64,000 bases of DNA from Trichoplax adhaerens. Its lineage: Eukaryota; Animalia; Placozoa. The translations under genes and the position numbers were made by a program. Each line of letters opens with the position of its first letter. Position 1 is the first letter of the stretch. Below are positions 39,967 through 60,279 of this stretch, in pieces. Below the pieces are notes generated by a model that saw only the letters and a list, made by a program, of their open reading frames with translations, was not told the DNA's origin and did not search any database. The stretch spans positions 3,912,449 to 3,976,448 of the forward strand of contig NW_002060949.1 of NCBI RefSeq assembly GCF_000150275.1. Reading direction: 5' to 3'.

Positions 39967-41795
39967 CTGATCCCAGCTGACGATAAAGATACAGTAGAAT
40001 CGAGATAAACTAACATCATTCTTATCTAATATAAAACAATTGTAGCAGGTATCTACTCTACTCTACTATACCTTTCCTATTACAGGTAATTTTCCGCTTT
40101 CTTCTTGATTAACAAGGACAGTTTAGCAATATTAGAGGTGATAGCATCAAATGGTTAGGCAGTTAATTTATCCGCAAGGTCTCATGGACTTTCATCGTGA
40201 TCATGTTGAGCTTTATACTACTGTATAGAAGAGAATTGTTGATACAGTATTCTATTGCATTGAGTATAGTACAAGTCTCAGTGCTGTACTCCAATTGGCC
40301 CTACTAGGCTGGTCTCCATGAGTACAGCTGCCAAATCAATACGTACAGTACAGTCTACTGTATAGGCCGTCAGCGTGCAGTTGTACTACAGTATAGTTTA
40401 CTATAGTGTTATTGTACTGTGCAGTTAGTACAGTACTGTACAGTGCACAGTCCATACTCTCCCGTGATAGTACTGTGCCAGGAACTACTTCCGACTGTAG
40501 CTACTGCAACTCTGCAAGGCTTCACATTGCTCAAGTCTAATGGACGCCAGCTATAGCGGGCATCATTTCTAGCATAGGCAGTAGAAAAAGCCATATGCGG
40601 ATAGTAATGTCCTGGATTGATGACATTTAGAAATAGATGTAGACAAGTCTGAGGACAAGCAAGTCCAGGCCAGACGGAGTCCATCACTACGAAAGAAGCA
40701 TACTTATTCTAGTAGAATTATATCGTTCGCAGTGTTACTTAAATAGCGATTAGAGGAAAACTGCGACAGGGATATACATAGATAGACAGTATACTAAGAG
40801 AGAGAGAGTTTATAGTCCTACTCAGCCTGCATATACTAACGCAGTAGAGTAAAGCTCGCTTCGTTCTGAGACTTACAGTATAGATCTATATCCCTACTAA
40901 GCGTAAGAAAAGATTACTGTAACAAAGATATTTTTTACCATACTACCAGTAATGAAGTCAAGAATAAATTGAATTTTTATTCAGTTATTCTTCCTGATAT
41001 CGTACAGTTAATTATAATAAAGTTAATAGTATGATTATAAATAATTAAACTTCATTAGGTAGAACTGCTACACGCGTAATGTTTATGCCTCTGCCTCTGC
41101 CTCTAAAATTTGATTTGAAATAGAAAGTTGCAGCAGTCAATAGAAAATACAGCTATCGAGAGCTGTATTATCTTATCGATAGTACAAAAGTAGCATTGAA
41201 TGAAATCCAATCCATACGTTAACTTAAATTGCGGCATAAAATCATATTATTTCTGTTATAAGTTGGCCTTTATATTAATAGTCCAATCGTACTGGCTAAT
41301 CTAATAGCCTGCTACAATATGACTATTTGATCATGATAAATCGAGTAATCTAGGATATTACAAAATTAGCGCAATGAGCAATGCATAGAGTTATAGAAGC
41401 AAACCATGAAAGCAATATTAATACAAGGCTCGCTTATGCCAATTTGTTATTTTATGAAAGTGGTAAAATAACCATAAATTATAACCATATGATACAATAC
41501 AATATACCGTAATGTTTCACATTATTACTAATTATCAATCAGTAAAATATTAATGCAGAGGATCAAAACACAACATTGAGATTAAATATTGTCTATACGA
41601 TAGAATACAAAAGTCAAGAAATTAAATAGATTTTATGTGTACATGGTATTATTCAAATAATATTTTTCTCTCGTTGATGACTACTTTACAGTTCATTTTT
41701 AGCACTCTAATAAGGGGAAGGTCTTGTCGGCATAGATCATAAAATTGTATCCATTGGCTTTCATGTATGAATTATTACTTTACCGATAATTGTAA

Positions 41796-42966
41796 TTATT
41801 TCATTGTTGGTAGGCAACCGAATATTTCAACGCATTGTAATTTCATCTTATCTATATTCAAGAAATAGATTGAAATACATTCAATGAGTAACTCACGCAT
41901 ATCGTAAGCTATTAAAGCGAAAGTGAGTTATATCAGCTAAGGACAAACTTTGTAAATGCATGCATTCTTGCTCAGCTAACTTTCTCTTCTTTCTTTCCTC
42001 TTGTAATTGTTCTTCAAGATCAGCTATACAAATCATTATTGGCAAAAGAAAATTATATTAGTCTAAGACCGTATCATGATATGACCTATCGTAGTATGAC
42101 GGTATTATTATATTCTTTAAAAACTTACCGACAGGATTATGACTATGTTTTACGCTGTTCGCGCTATCCTGAAGTAAAAATTTAGTAGGACGAGGTATAT
42201 TATTTCCATCGATACGAGCTAAGCATGGTCTTCCGCGCTTTTTTACTTGAGGCTGCACTGCTGGATGATTGCCATGGTATTTCATAGATTTATTTGTGAC
42301 GCCAATAGGAAGAGATTTCGATGATGCTCCTCTTTTTTTTCCGTTGCCGTTGTATAACGCTTTTAAATCTTCCCATTGTTCCAATAATTTATCATTAGCA
42401 GTAGTCACGTTTAAAAATAAATGACGACGCCAACAATTGTAATTACCAGATCGTGGATGTGTATAAGTTGAACCTTCAGTTCGATGAACGTGGAAAATAA
42501 ACTTATTAGGAGAGTGATACTTGTGGCAGTAATCACATTTAATACACTTAGCGCGTGAATTAGTGTATAAGCGTGGATAAAATTTTCCCACACAACCCCA
42601 GGAATAGTTGTGATAAACATCGAAAGCATATTCCTCTGGTAGTGCTGGAGGTGGTATGAAAGATAGGAACGATTTGCACAATCTTTCAGCTTCACGTATA
42701 GTAATCATACCACATCGGCGTGATGTTGGTGGTATAGCACCGATCTTTCGTAGAAGTTCCAATTGAGCTGGTGAGCATTGCACACAGGTGATCCCTAAGG
42801 CTACCCGACGATTATGGATATCGTTGTAGGTGAAATCTTTTAGTAGAGTTGCTGATATCTGCGATAAGCAAAGGCGCTCTTTACCATCAACCAAGAGTGA
42901 ATAAAGTGGCATTCCTTCAATGTAGACAGTTCGGTAAACTTCGGCATGATCTTTACTTGCATTCAT
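41796..42966 (-). CDS. SKOR: SKI family transcriptional co-repressor (SKOR/Corl/fussel subfamily)
   Basis: Ski/Sno DHD domain (DGKERLCLSQISATLLKDFTYNDIHNRRVALGITCVQC...SRRCGMITIREAERLCKSFL) and SAND-like SMAD-binding domain (WGCVGKF...AKCIKC...SPNKFIFH). Exon 1 is 42966-42129; a coiled-coil exon starts at 42023 (DLEEQLQEERKKRKLAEQE); the putative last exon 41851-41796 is less certain. Confidence 0.93.
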
Positions 42967-45900
42967 TTTTCCACCCTTAATTTTCTAGTGCGATGATGTA
43001 GTTTTGATTTATTTCTTTTAATCTATCGATTTGAGGCTCAGCAGTGGATGAAATAAAGTTTGATCCTATCGTACTTTTATATCATCCTATTAGATCGTTA
43101 TGTAAGACTATTTACATTTATTTATTCAATCAAAACAATAATTAAACTGTTACATAAATGAGAGGTGAAACACCTGTGTTGAAGATGTTGGTCTCCCAAT
43201 ACACTCCCGTCCACTCGATAAACACTTGGAAAACATAAAGGGTTCATAAAACACTAAAATTACCACATACCACTTGACAATATTTCTCATCAGAAAGTAA
43301 AGGCCTATTTTGTTAAATTAGAAATCGAATATAAACATTTTAAAAAAGTGGAAGCTAAAACTATGTTCTTCCCAAGGTCCTTTAAGATGAAATGACTGAA
43401 TAGAATCTGGTCGGAATAAAGTGTAAATTCAATAAAAAGTTACCAAAAAGAATATTATTGTTTTCTTTGAAACACTATGATGTGATATAAATAACTAACT
43501 ACACAAGTATAAAAATTCATTCAAGAAAATAACATGATGTCTCAGTAAATTCGTTAATCCTGCTATATTATGCCTTTATTGTGGCAAAAAAGTACGATTT
43601 ATTAAAAAGAAAGAATTTAATTCTACACCAATACCATAATTAAGGCAGGCCACTTCTAATTTGTAGTAGAACGTTATATTCTTGAGATATTGCAAGCCGT
43701 AGCTGGTCTCTTTAATAGCAGTAATTTTAAAATTTGATTGTATAAGTCCGTAACATCTAAGATTACCAAATTATAAAAATCAAGAATTGTATAAAAATAT
43801 ATTAGTAACTGAGATTAATTCCTATAACTTTTATTATCTAAGAATATAAATTCATAGTTTAATGCCATCTTAATTAATTATTAATCTTCTAATGCATAAT
43901 CTGGCTATTACATCAAAATCGCGCCACCACAAGACTCCATATGACAATGTTTTTAGGAATAAAAACTGACTCAGTATAACGAGTCAGCGTGATTAATAAA
44001 TAAGAAATAAGACATTCGATCTAAATAATTACAATTAATTACGATATAAATTGAAAGAATATAGATCTAAAATCCATTCTTCTCTGATACACAAATAAAT
44101 GAGCAAATTTTAGGTCTCTATTTATTTACTGATTACATAACTATTATCCATGACTTGCATTACTTGAAATTGCTACTTGATTATTTATTTGGCGTGACAT
44201 TGCCAGTTGATAACAACTGTTAGCCGAATTAACTGTTATTAAAGCCAATAAGATAGCTAGATAATTACTCATTGTTATATTAATTTACAATATAACTACT
44301 AGAAATAATAGGTCTTAGAACTAAGCTTGGTGCAGGTCATGATCAATTTCTTAGTGCTATTATGTGCCCATAATTAAGATACTTAATCATAGTGTTGGCA
44401 CTGTGACTATTCTAATATTTTAAGTAATCTCTAAAAAATCTACAAGGAATACCTCTATACTATAATATACTCGTATATTCTACAATCTGCCTTTCTTTTT
44501 CATCTACGGATAAACATTCGGATCATACAATTGACTATTAGCTACAAATACACATTTTGTTACTTCTCATGCTGATTTAATGTCTATCGTAACGACCCTT
44601 AGTTGATCTTTTTGTCAGTGTAGCTACTAATAAGACTTCTCTATCGTTTCGATGTTATTATTTATTGAATCTGACCGTTAGCAAATACAACATGATTCCT
44701 TTGTATTCCATCAAAACAATAAATAATTATATAAGTTATGATAGCGAGCCGCAACACTGTATATTTGTTAGTACATTGAATTGGCGAGAAATTGATATGC
44801 TGCAATCTCGTTATATTACGTAACAGGTAAAATTTCGGAATGATCGGCTTTTTATTTTCGGTAAAATATATTTGAATCAACAACTTAATCAGTCGCAATA
44901 GTTGAATTTGATTTACAAGTTTTAGTACAGCCCTGATACTCACAATATATGTAACGATTGTTGCTAATCGTGCATTCATAATTCCGATAATAGTTTCAAT
45001 ACTATTATCGAATTAGACATTATATTTAATCTTGAGATGAGTTTGAGCAATCTGCCGTCTGCGAAGTTCGCAAGTAATATCATTAGTCTGACATCTTTAT
45101 GGAAGTTACACGCTTTCATATTTACCAAGACGTGAAATATTCCGTCAATGGTTTAGAAGTTGATGTTATTATCTTATTCTGGAGATCATTAAGGTATAAA
45201 TTCGATGTTACTATAATAGTATGATATCGTTCTCTGTATAATTAACAGCATACAATAACTCCCTTTATATTGACATACCCGGGTAGTAATATTTATCTAA
45301 CATGTCTTCAAGAAAACCTACTTATTCCGCATTTTATCATTGCTGGTGTTATGTAGATTAGTGAGCAATACTATGTAAACAAAAATACCACAAATGATTG
45401 TCTCTCATTATAGTAAATAACGAGTATTGTGTGATTAAAATGACAGGTGTTAGCTTCACATAATTATGTGGAACGATCGAAGCCTTCTTTAAGGTGTAAA
45501 TCACTAACTTGCTCACATCCAAATACAACGCAGACTACAAAGACTATTTAAACAACAACTGAGGCTATATCAAAGCTCGATTTTAACACGCGTAAACTGC
45601 CATATCTTTGTTACTGACTACACTATACCATACTGATCGATCATGCAGCGGTACAACCAGTTATGTTTCGTTGGTATCGCTTACTATAATATTTTATTGA
45701 TGATAATGACAACATTTTAGCATTTCAATACATAACATGAATAACAGTTAAACGATCGCATAAGTACAAGTGATAAGTAAAACTGAAATATTAACATCTA
45801 TTTAGACAGTAAAGTTTAATGCCAATACAGGATGTAGAAGTATGCGTGTATCTGCACGTGTATCTGCATGTAAACGAATAACCGAAATATGTTCCTTTCA

Positions 45901-45988
45901 AAATTAGTTGATTGCCAGAATTAAGTGAACTTCTAAGAGTCCCAGCCAGAATCAAGTGAATAATAATAATAATTATTCTATAGCAATG

Positions 45989-48756
45989 TTAATAGTCACG
46001 GCGTTCTTGGCTGTGGCCTGGCGACCCTCGATTTTCTCTAGGTGATTTATATCTGTAAGTAAGAAAAACAATCATTTAAATACCGAGAAAATAAAATTTA
46101 AAATAATAAAATTTCTACTATTTCGAATTTAAAAAAAAGGCTACTGTAAGTGTAACCTAGCATCGCCTTCCTCGATTCTTCTTCTTCTTGACATTGGCGA
46201 TCGTGAACGAGATCTAATAGAAAAAAGAAGACATTTATTACTCAATCCTTACTTCAAATATAATAATAATTAAAGTCAAATTTTTCATGAAATAATAAAC
46301 AAATAAGGCATAACCCTTCCTATTTATAAAGTTGACGCTTCATTCTATGGATTTACCCATCTTTCGTAATTAGCAGGGAATACAGTAGTCGTAGCATGAA
46401 AAGATTTCGTCAGTGATGATCTAACATAATGGATGGGAAAACTATAGACCTGACGATAGTAGATTCATAGACATAGCTTTAAAACGCTGGTAAAGATGCA
46501 AGATGCAAGATGCAGGAAGTAGAGCAGTAGCATCCATCAATCGAGTAGAAAGTACTTGTAGCTGCTAGTTAATGACGAGACTTTCTACATCGCTTTAGTT
46601 GTATGAAGTATCTTCATTCGGCTGCCAACCAAATCTTAAATTTTTACTACCGGTTTTTATATTATGTCGACTTTTATAGATAAGGTGTTACTCCAATGAT
46701 ATAGAAAGGCAAGAAAGATCTGTTCAGCTAGCTTGCAAATGAAGAGATATAAGCGGAAGTCTCGCACTCGCATACTGATTAGCGAGAAGTAGCACGGCTG
46801 GTGAGGAGCTAGGCGGGCTGACACGACGATGTAGAACTGTATCACACGAGGTATGGCTTAATGAACAGTAACAACATGGGTAGAAATATTCGTAGACGGA
46901 AGAAAGAGGTAATAGTAGTGGGTAGTAGACGGTGAAAGCTAACTAAAGAGTGAATGCCTTTAATAAAGAACCCGAAAACAGTACCACAATTAACACTAAA
47001 CCATATAAGAAAAATTGGCACTGACTATTTGATCAATTCCAGGTCAGCATGAAAAGCTGATAAAAATTATATTATACAGTATAACAAGGACTGCAATCAC
47101 TGCTGATAATTAATTTAATAAGTAGCACTCGCGTAGCGTCTTGTTAGAAACCTACCGAGATCTATGACGTGACATGTATTTACCCCTCGATGGGGAATCG
47201 TGTCTTCCGTCACCCGTATCATACCGGTTTGTTTCATATTTCGGTCTTGAAGGTGAAACTGATCGTCTGCGCTGGTATCGTTCCTTCGATCGTGATCGTC
47301 TGTTGCGGTAGTCTGGCTCTACTCTTTCTCGATATGGTGAAAGTGAACGTCTGACAGCACCACGATCCCGCCTGTCGTCAAATCTATCTCTGGAGCCGGA
47401 TCGACGACGAGGTGGTTTATCATACTTTTCCTTAGAGAAAGATCTTGAGCGCCTACTGGAATAGCGATCAGGTTCATTTCGGTTACCCCCATATCCACCA
47501 CGATCTATATTTATGTGATAAACAACAAAGGTAAACACAGCAATTTAACGCGACCTATTAACAGAAATAAAGATTCTACAGTTTACTATTGCATTATCAG
47601 TTTATAGTATGATTTCAAGAAGCATTGTAATCACATAATTCGTAGAATATTGATCACATCATTATGTCATTTATATTACAGTTGCGGTACATTAATTCTT
47701 CAAGATTATGTAATTAATAGAGTTGAAAAGCTATTCTGGATGACTGTAATTAGCCTAATAATATAACAAATTTTTCTCTCTAAGGGTACTGTAACTGCAA
47801 ATTACGCAATGGTCATAAATTAGAAATTTACAGTGATTGAATTAATCAAGTGCATCAAATCTGCTACTCACGTTACGTGTAGAGAGTAGAAGACATTGTA
47901 GGTATTGTACAGATAAATTATCGCTAACAGTAATAATTATAATTAATTAATTTGATATACAACTTTATTTAAGAAGGTGCAAAAATAAAAATCAACCTAA
48001 TTTTATTTACATGTCTCTGGTCTGAATTATCGCGATAATCCATTTTTTACCTGCTCTACAAACTGGTACAGTTTGTATTGAGATACTGTCAATTATATTA
48101 TTATTTATTTATTATACGCGTATATTTTATTGTACGGAACGGTTCAATACTTAAAATAATAGAATTAAACTATACATAACCCGCAGTAATATAATATCAC
48201 TAATAGTCATCTGTAGAGATCTAGTACTAAGGCCAATCAATACTGTATATACAAAAGAATAGCAAACAACATTAACAAATGGTGGTATACAAGCCGAGCG
48301 AATAGTAAGAGATGATCGGATCGTACACAACAGTATTCTGTCATAGTTTTCAAGACTAGAAATTATCATATGGCAATAATGCGCAGTCACGTTTACATAT
48401 ACACGCACGTTGCATTACAATTTGACCATTTCTGAAGTACGGGTACGCTGGTAAAAAATGTCCATTAATGAGAATTACTAACCGCGATGACCTGTCGATC
48501 TCTTCACTGACGGATGAGAATCACCACGAGCAATTTCCACTCGAACGCGTGCTCCACATAGTCTTCTTCCATCCAATGCTTCAACTGCATCTTGTGCGTC
48601 TAGTGGATCATCAAATACCACAAAGGCAAAACCTGGCGGATTTCGAGCAATCCAAACATCTTTCAGAGGTCCATAGCGTGCAAACTCCTTTTCAATTTCG
48701 TGCTTAGCGGCGCCAGATCCTAAATTGCCGATGTAAACTCGCGTACGATCGGCCAT
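45989..48756 (-). CDS. SRSF3: Serine/arginine-rich splicing factor of the SRSF3/SRSF7 family (RRM plus RS domain, no zinc knuckle seen)
   Basis: RRM RVYIGNL...[47 protein letters not shown]. Exons 48756-48483, 47504-47156, 46213-46157 and 46052-45989 join in compatible phase. The tail is RS-rich. Confidence 0.92.
46357..46856 (-). other. Candidate poison (PTC-containing) cassette exon of the SRSF3-like gene
   Basis: Acceptor ...ttcattaag| preceded by a long pyrimidine-rich tract; donor gatgg|gtaaat; 500 nt long; in-frame TGA at 46726-46724; many CUAC/CUUC/CAUC motifs. Confidence 0.6.
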
Positions 48757-48979
48757 TGTTACTCTTTTCGGCGATAAACTAACTACCCAACTGGAAAAGC
48801 TCAATATAGACTATACAAGAATTGTCCTGTACACAATTTTATATTCCAGATACGTAACTGCACTGGCTAATCGAGTTAATTTCGTCGCAAAACAGCACAG
48901 CTTTGGATAAAAGATGAATCTAAAAATAGAGAATACGATACTTGTAAATAGAAATCGTTATACTGTATCTGTAAATCAT

Positions 48980-48981
<2 letters not shown>

Positions 48982-49019
<38 letters not shown>

Positions 49020-49023
49020 TAAT
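48982..49023. repeat. (AAT)n microsatellite
   Basis: 11 perfect AAT units followed by AAC AAT AAT. Confidence 0.95.
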
Positions 49024-50084
49024 ATAATGATCAAAAGACTTGACATTTATCATGGCTTAATCAATTATAGAAATGGAGTAATTGCTAGTTAAAATAACGG
49101 TCAAAGGCGATGTACTGCATTGCTCAGATGGCTAGACGTTTTACTAATTTCCATTACAATCTATTTTAGTGCGTTTACTGTAGCAAATACAGAAAGTTGG
49201 ACTTGCTGACTTCAGTTGCTGTACTGTACAGCAGAAATTGACCAGAATCATAAAGTCATGGATTAAACATGCTTAGCAAGAAATGGAAGCGTTCACAAGA
49301 CTCAAGTCTCTTCCACACTGGATATGTTATTATCCTAACAGTAAATAAACCATGCTCGTCAAAGCAGAGCCTCTATAACACTAGATATTCACCTTAATAT
49401 GAAGTATCGAATTGCGCTTACGTTTATAGTCAATAGTGACTTTTTGTAACGGTATATACTGTATATATATATTTTATCTTCTACCCTACAGTACAGTACA
49501 GCATGAAGAGAGATAGACTTCAAGCGCTAGTCATCGTCCTGTTTGATATTTGATTGCAAACACTTCACTAGCATCATGCACATGTGGTTCAAATTGTATG
49601 ATAAAGACACTATAATAAGTAAGGAAGAAAGGCAAAAATTAAACGTTTATGTTATTCTATAATATGATCGATTGAAAAAAGGATCAATGAAAATTGATGC
49701 AAAACCATACAGTAGAATAAGCGTTCATTCAGTTTTGCCTAATTGGCTTGTACTTGAAAATTCCATAAAGCATAAAATACAAGTCCATTTTTAGTTCTAG
49801 TCATAGTCATCAGTATTCTGGCTAAAGGAAATCAACGTTGATGAAACTCAAGTTGTGTTACAGTATTTCAATTCAAAGTTTAGATAGATATTTTAAATGT
49901 TTCTTGGCGGAAAGAGCAGGAAGAAAGAGAAATTTTCATTGTTATATTGGACAGTGAAATGTTGAAAAAGCACTCAAGGAAAAAAAAAAAGTGATAACCT
50001 ATTTTCCCCTACTTTTACACAACACAGAAAGGAGATAAAATATTAGGTATTACTCAGATAGAGCAATTTATTCAAGGCTACCTA

Positions 50085-50290
50085 TGTAATTAGCGCAAAC
50101 AAGAGGAGTAAGCACCGCCACAAGCCGAAAAGTCTTGATACTTTGTGATCTGTTCGGCCCAAGATTGAAAAACTGATGCTTTTCTTCCACCACAAGACCG
50201 CTGATGGTAGTTGCTACTGAGGCCCCCCACCTGCGCACAATGAAGCCCAGTCATGCACCGTGTTTCCGCCGCTCCCATTCAGCATGCAAT
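50085..50290 (-). ncRNA. Candidate structured RNA (possibly snoRNA/scaRNA-like) in the presumed 5'-UTR intron of the SRSF3-like gene
   Basis: GC-rich island. Four nested helices are fully paired only on the minus strand, through G-U pairs. An ACA follows the closing helix. Confidence 0.45.
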
Positions 50291-50390
50291 ATGTATTAGC
50301 ATATTGACCATAACGTTTTAGGTGTTTGAGTATCGCTACTATCATCACTATGCGCGGGCGCCATTACACTGAGTATTGTGAGTGACTTAC

Positions 50391-50540
50391 CGTCATACAG
50401 CGTAACAGAGTACAGTGTACAGTATCAATTCGTTTCTCCATGATACTGTACTGTACAGTGTACTGTACTGTAGACAAAATCATTGCTGGTGCAGTGCCGT
50501 ACTGGAAGTCTAATACTACAGTATAGTACTGTACTGTACA
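50391..50540 (-). promoter_or_regulatory. Putative promoter and non-coding first exon of the SRSF3-like gene, with a (GTACW)n array
   Basis: Consensus donor acg|GTAAGT at 50390; acceptor ttttccag| at 48791 just before the ATG; dense TACTGTA/TACAGTA repeats. Confidence 0.5.
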
Positions 50541-50562
50541 TTGTTCCGCTCTCTGGAAATGG

Positions 50563-51232
50563 CGATGGCTATGGCTCTGTAGCTATTTTCGGATTTATAG
50601 TACACAACCGTGCTTGCATCTTCCTTCTTATTCACTCCAAAAACATGGGTGTATGGTGAGCTAGGATATGGTCAAAACATCATTTTAAAAACTTACTAAA
50701 TTGAGTAAATTGGGATCAACTTCTAAAATGTTACTCCATCGCCCTAAAATGCATGCTTGTGTTTATCATGTTTTGGACGGACAGATATTCCCCCTCTTTC
50801 GCCAAAATAGTGTGGCAAACACTTCGCTATGACAGACTAACAGTACTATAGTTAGTAGGGTATGCCGATGATCGATTCGAATTGGCTGATTTTTTCGATG
50901 GGTCTATGGGTCTGTAGCTATTTTCGGAGTTATAGTACACAACCGTGTTTGCATCTTCCTTCTTATTCACTCCAAAAACATGGGTGCGTGGTGAGCTAGG
51001 ATATGGTCAAAACATTATTTTAAAAACTTACTAAATTGAGTAAATTGGGATCAACTTCTAAAATGTTACTCCATCGCCCATAAAATGCATGCTTGTGTTT
51101 ATCATGTTTTGGACGGACAGACATTTCCCCTCTTTCACCAAAATAGTGTGGCAAACACTTCGCTATGACAGACTAACAGTACTATAGTTAGTAGAGTATG
51201 CCGATGATCGATTCGAATTGGCTGATTTTTTT
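50563..51232. repeat. Near-identical two-copy tandem duplication, period 335 bp
   Basis: CTGTAGCTATTTTCGGA at 50577 and 50912. Both copies end ...CGAATTGGCTGATTTTTT. Confidence 0.95.
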
Positions 51233-52614
51233 CTAAATTAAGGAAATAAATATATGAATCGTTGACAATGTTGTGAATACGATGTTAATCATGGACGGTA
51301 TTGTAAATTCCCCAAATAAATATTACGTTGAATCTTAGTATCGGTTATGTACCAAGTTCTACTTACAAACAGTTATATAAGATCGTAGATGTAATTATTA
51401 TTATTATTTAAATTAGTACCAGTTATTTCGAAATCAGACACGGAAAATCCATACTAAGTAGCCATTTTTCGATATTGACGGCCTCATATGGTAAGAAAAG
51501 TTCGTCTGTCTGACTGAAGAGTAATATAGCTGGACAAAGTGGATATTAGGCATTAGTTATGTACTAGTGGACAATAATGTCCTCTGAACCTGGACCATGG
51601 ATATATAGTACAGTACGCTGTCTAAAGATATCTCGATATTAAGTACCACAGTATCAGTACCAGATGATACCGTATAATATAGCATACAGTATACTATACA
51701 GATACTGACGGACTTTTGAATAATACTAACTTATACTGTGGTATGCATCTTCTGTATCTGTTTTCTTAATCACGACTATTAACTCAAAAAAATTTATGAA
51801 GCTATAGAACTGCTTTCAAGCAGAACTTAGCAAAATAGACTAAGAATCAATGAAATATTACTCCATTTAGCAATTTGAAATCGAATATCTAACAGTTTAA
51901 GATCAAGACGATATAAAGGTTAATGTCCGACCGTCCAAGTACAGTGCAACACAGTACATTGTGCGCATGCCTTGACTTCACGTGCACTGTACTGTATGAA
52001 ACCCAACTCAACTTATACTGTACTGTATACACTACAGTATTAACTTAACTGATGCAGCAATCATGTCGTCATCGTAATTATTCATTATTATTATTTATTT
52101 TAATAATGTAATTCCTCTTCTTTTATTATTACAGTATATTGATGATCATAATTAAGGTTAATTAATACCTGATCTCCGATGTCTCGGATCAAGTGCGTTA
52201 CTTTTATTACTCGTACAGGTTAAATGTTAGTCTTGATAGATTGAGCGTAAGAAAACTTTAGTGCCTGAGCGCTTGCATCTTTATACAATATGAAAACAAC
52301 TTCATAGTGGCATATCAAGAGCCGAGAGCGAGAGAGAATATTGCTGTTTCTTCTCCTTTGAATGAAAATCGAATCGACATCGTCAATCGATAAATTAGTC
52401 TTACCACTATCGTCTAGAAGAATTCTTCATCTACCATAATATAAAATCCTTCTGATTGACTGACTCCTATATACTGCAGGTCAATCAGATAGGAGTACAC
52501 AAATCAGTCCATGATTGAGCGTTAACTTACACTCAATACAGCTATATATACGAGTATAGTAGACGAATTAAACATAGTAATTTCAAGTGACTGAGGCCTT
52601 TCACCATATCGACC

Positions 52615-59979
<7,365 letters not shown>

Positions 59980-60279
59980 TAATATTGAAAGTGACGCTCA
60001 TCGATGTTCATACGCGTAAATTAATCATCAGTTGAATGAGAATAATATCCTCTATTGATTCTACATCAAGTGAGATCAATTTTTTTTATATCATCATTAA
60101 TAATGTCATATTATGGCACAGCTACGAATTTTTTTAATATCAAAACAAGGGTATCTACTTTTATGGCTTGCATTGTATAAATTTTAGATTACTGCACTAT
60201 TTTTTTATTGCCTGTATGTCATTAAAATTGTTCACGTCAAGATCAAGCTCAATTGATTATTTTCTGTACTGTATTCTGT

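Noticed and set aside
40409-40687. 92-aa ORF and small hairpins
   Set aside because: No recognisable domain; it runs into the low-complexity (GTACW)n array.
48010-48090. SRSF7-type zinc-knuckle exon
   Set aside because: No CxxCxxxxHxxxxC in any frame; the flanking exons join in phase without it.
50090-50278. 62-aa ORF, or a hAT-transposase C-terminal fragment on the plus strand (KHR...PKIEKL)
   Set aside because: The similarity is short, gapped and interrupted by a stop. The minus-strand RNA structure explains the GC island better.
50085-50390. Telomerase RNA or RNase MRP/P
   Set aside because: There is no CCCUAA template, and the putative P4 strands mismatch and are too close together.
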